DNA of 63,136 bases, the filler included, from Octopus bimaculoides (Eukaryota), in assembly GCF_001194135.2 (NCBI RefSeq). It is 7 parts of 6 records of this genome, joined end to end, with 100 filler letters (N's around TTAATTAATTAA, not from the genome) between each part and the next. Parts side by side here need not be neighbours in the genome. Positions count along the whole stretch, not along the records: positions 61,360 to 63,136 come from NC_069004.1; 6 more parts are not named here. One strand, 5' to 3'. Positions 62,035 to 63,136 of this stretch are shown here, one piece after another. The first letter of the stretch is position 1; every line of letters starts with the position of its first letter. A program made the position numbers and the translations under genes. Under the pieces are notes generated by a model. The model did no database searches, was not told the origin of the DNA, and was given only the letters and a program-made list of their open reading frames with translations.

Positions 62035-62850
62035 ACAACACCGACATAACGAGCAAACTCGCTTTTGAGAGGAGTCTCAAAATTAATGGCAAGGTCATCA
62101 CATATCTGAGGCACGCAGACGATGTCGTCCTCAGAGCCGGCAGCATGCAGAAATTACAGGATTTAGTTAATAGAGTAAACGACGCAATTACTAAAGTTGG
62201 GTTTCGTCTAAACCTCCCCCACCCCCGAAAAAAGTAATGAAAATAAATAAAAGCATAACAATGAACAAGATTGCATAAGAAAAAACAAGAATATCGAAAA
62301 CGTAAACGAATTTGTGTATCTTGGTATTCTTATTACCAATATTTACTATGACACATTTGGAATTAAGACGAGACTCAATATAGCCCAAAATGCCATATCA
62401 TTGAACAACATGTGAACAAAAAAAATCAACTCTTCAATTCATTGATATTTAGTATAACTATCTATGGAGTATAGATGGAATATAAAGAAAATTGGAATAT
62501 AAAGAAAATTGATTAAAGAGAAATTGAAACAGCTGAACAATGGCGTTTTCGATGCATTCTCAGAATAAGCTGGATGGATAAAGGAACTAATGAGTGGATC
62601 CATCCTAAGATAAAATGTCAGGGAAGACTGTTAAATACTATCAGAGAAAGAAAACGGGCCTTTACCGGCTGTGAAGACAAGACCTTGACAAGGTCCTGTT
62701 AAGAGATGTGGCAAATGGCAAAGGAACAAACGAGAGGAAGACCTAAAACCAGATTTAGCGATAACTCAAAGAAGCTAGTGGTGGAACTTTTGCAGAACTG
62801 TGCAGACTGGCACAAGATAGATATGAGTGGAGGGACGTGGTGGCTCAGTT
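62035..62850 (+). mobile_element. Decayed RTE (BovB-like) LINE 3' part
   Basis: INGKVITYLRHADDVVL, NEFVYLG, ILRISWMDK..NE, RGRPKTR, AQDR..W. Confidence 0.85.
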
Positions 62851-63092
62851 ATTTGAGCTTTCCGTTTACAAAGTAGTTGCTCACCCTACTATAAATAGTT
62901 GTTAAATCTCCCTCAAATTTCAGCCATCGGTCTTTAAAACGAACAGACACATAAGATAATATGATCTTGGAATCACTGTATCGAGGACGGAATTGGTATG
63001 GCTGGAATGTCTTTTTGATCATAGGTCTGCTCTACTATGGATAAGTTGTAGCCTAATTATCAATAACAAAAACAACTCCCTTTCACACATGT

Positions 63093-63133
<41 letters not shown>

Positions 63134-63136
63134 CAT

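Overview
AT-rich, repeat-dense animal genomic DNA with many N gaps. Six of the gaps carry an artificial TTAATTAATTAA six-frame-stop linker. The repeat families resemble those I recall from octopus, so a coleoid cephalopod source is an inference. Three host genes can be pieced together by hand: (1) a PHF24/GINIP-like PHD-finger gene on the minus strand (exons about 3966-4208 and 2276-2464, continuing off the left edge); (2) an unidentified plus-strand gene for an acidic, low-complexity protein, with phase-compatible exons and candidate microexons between about 10.9 and 27.9 kb; (3) PLPBP/PROSC on the minus strand (exons 39379-39513, 34711-34853, 29322-29438; the SMGMS exon and exons 1-4 were not found in the assembled bases). 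The rest is decayed mobile DNA: piggyBac, hAT/Buster, three Tc1/mariner elements, Helitrons, RTE LINEs, a Penelope-like RT, R4/Dong-like ends, tRNA-derived SINEs and many MITEs/foldbacks. The most unusual signals are a near-canonical minimal hammerhead ribozyme motif at 16411-16472, two more degenerate hammerhead-like motifs, and several long intronic inverted repeats. All homology calls are from remembered motifs; no database search was run.
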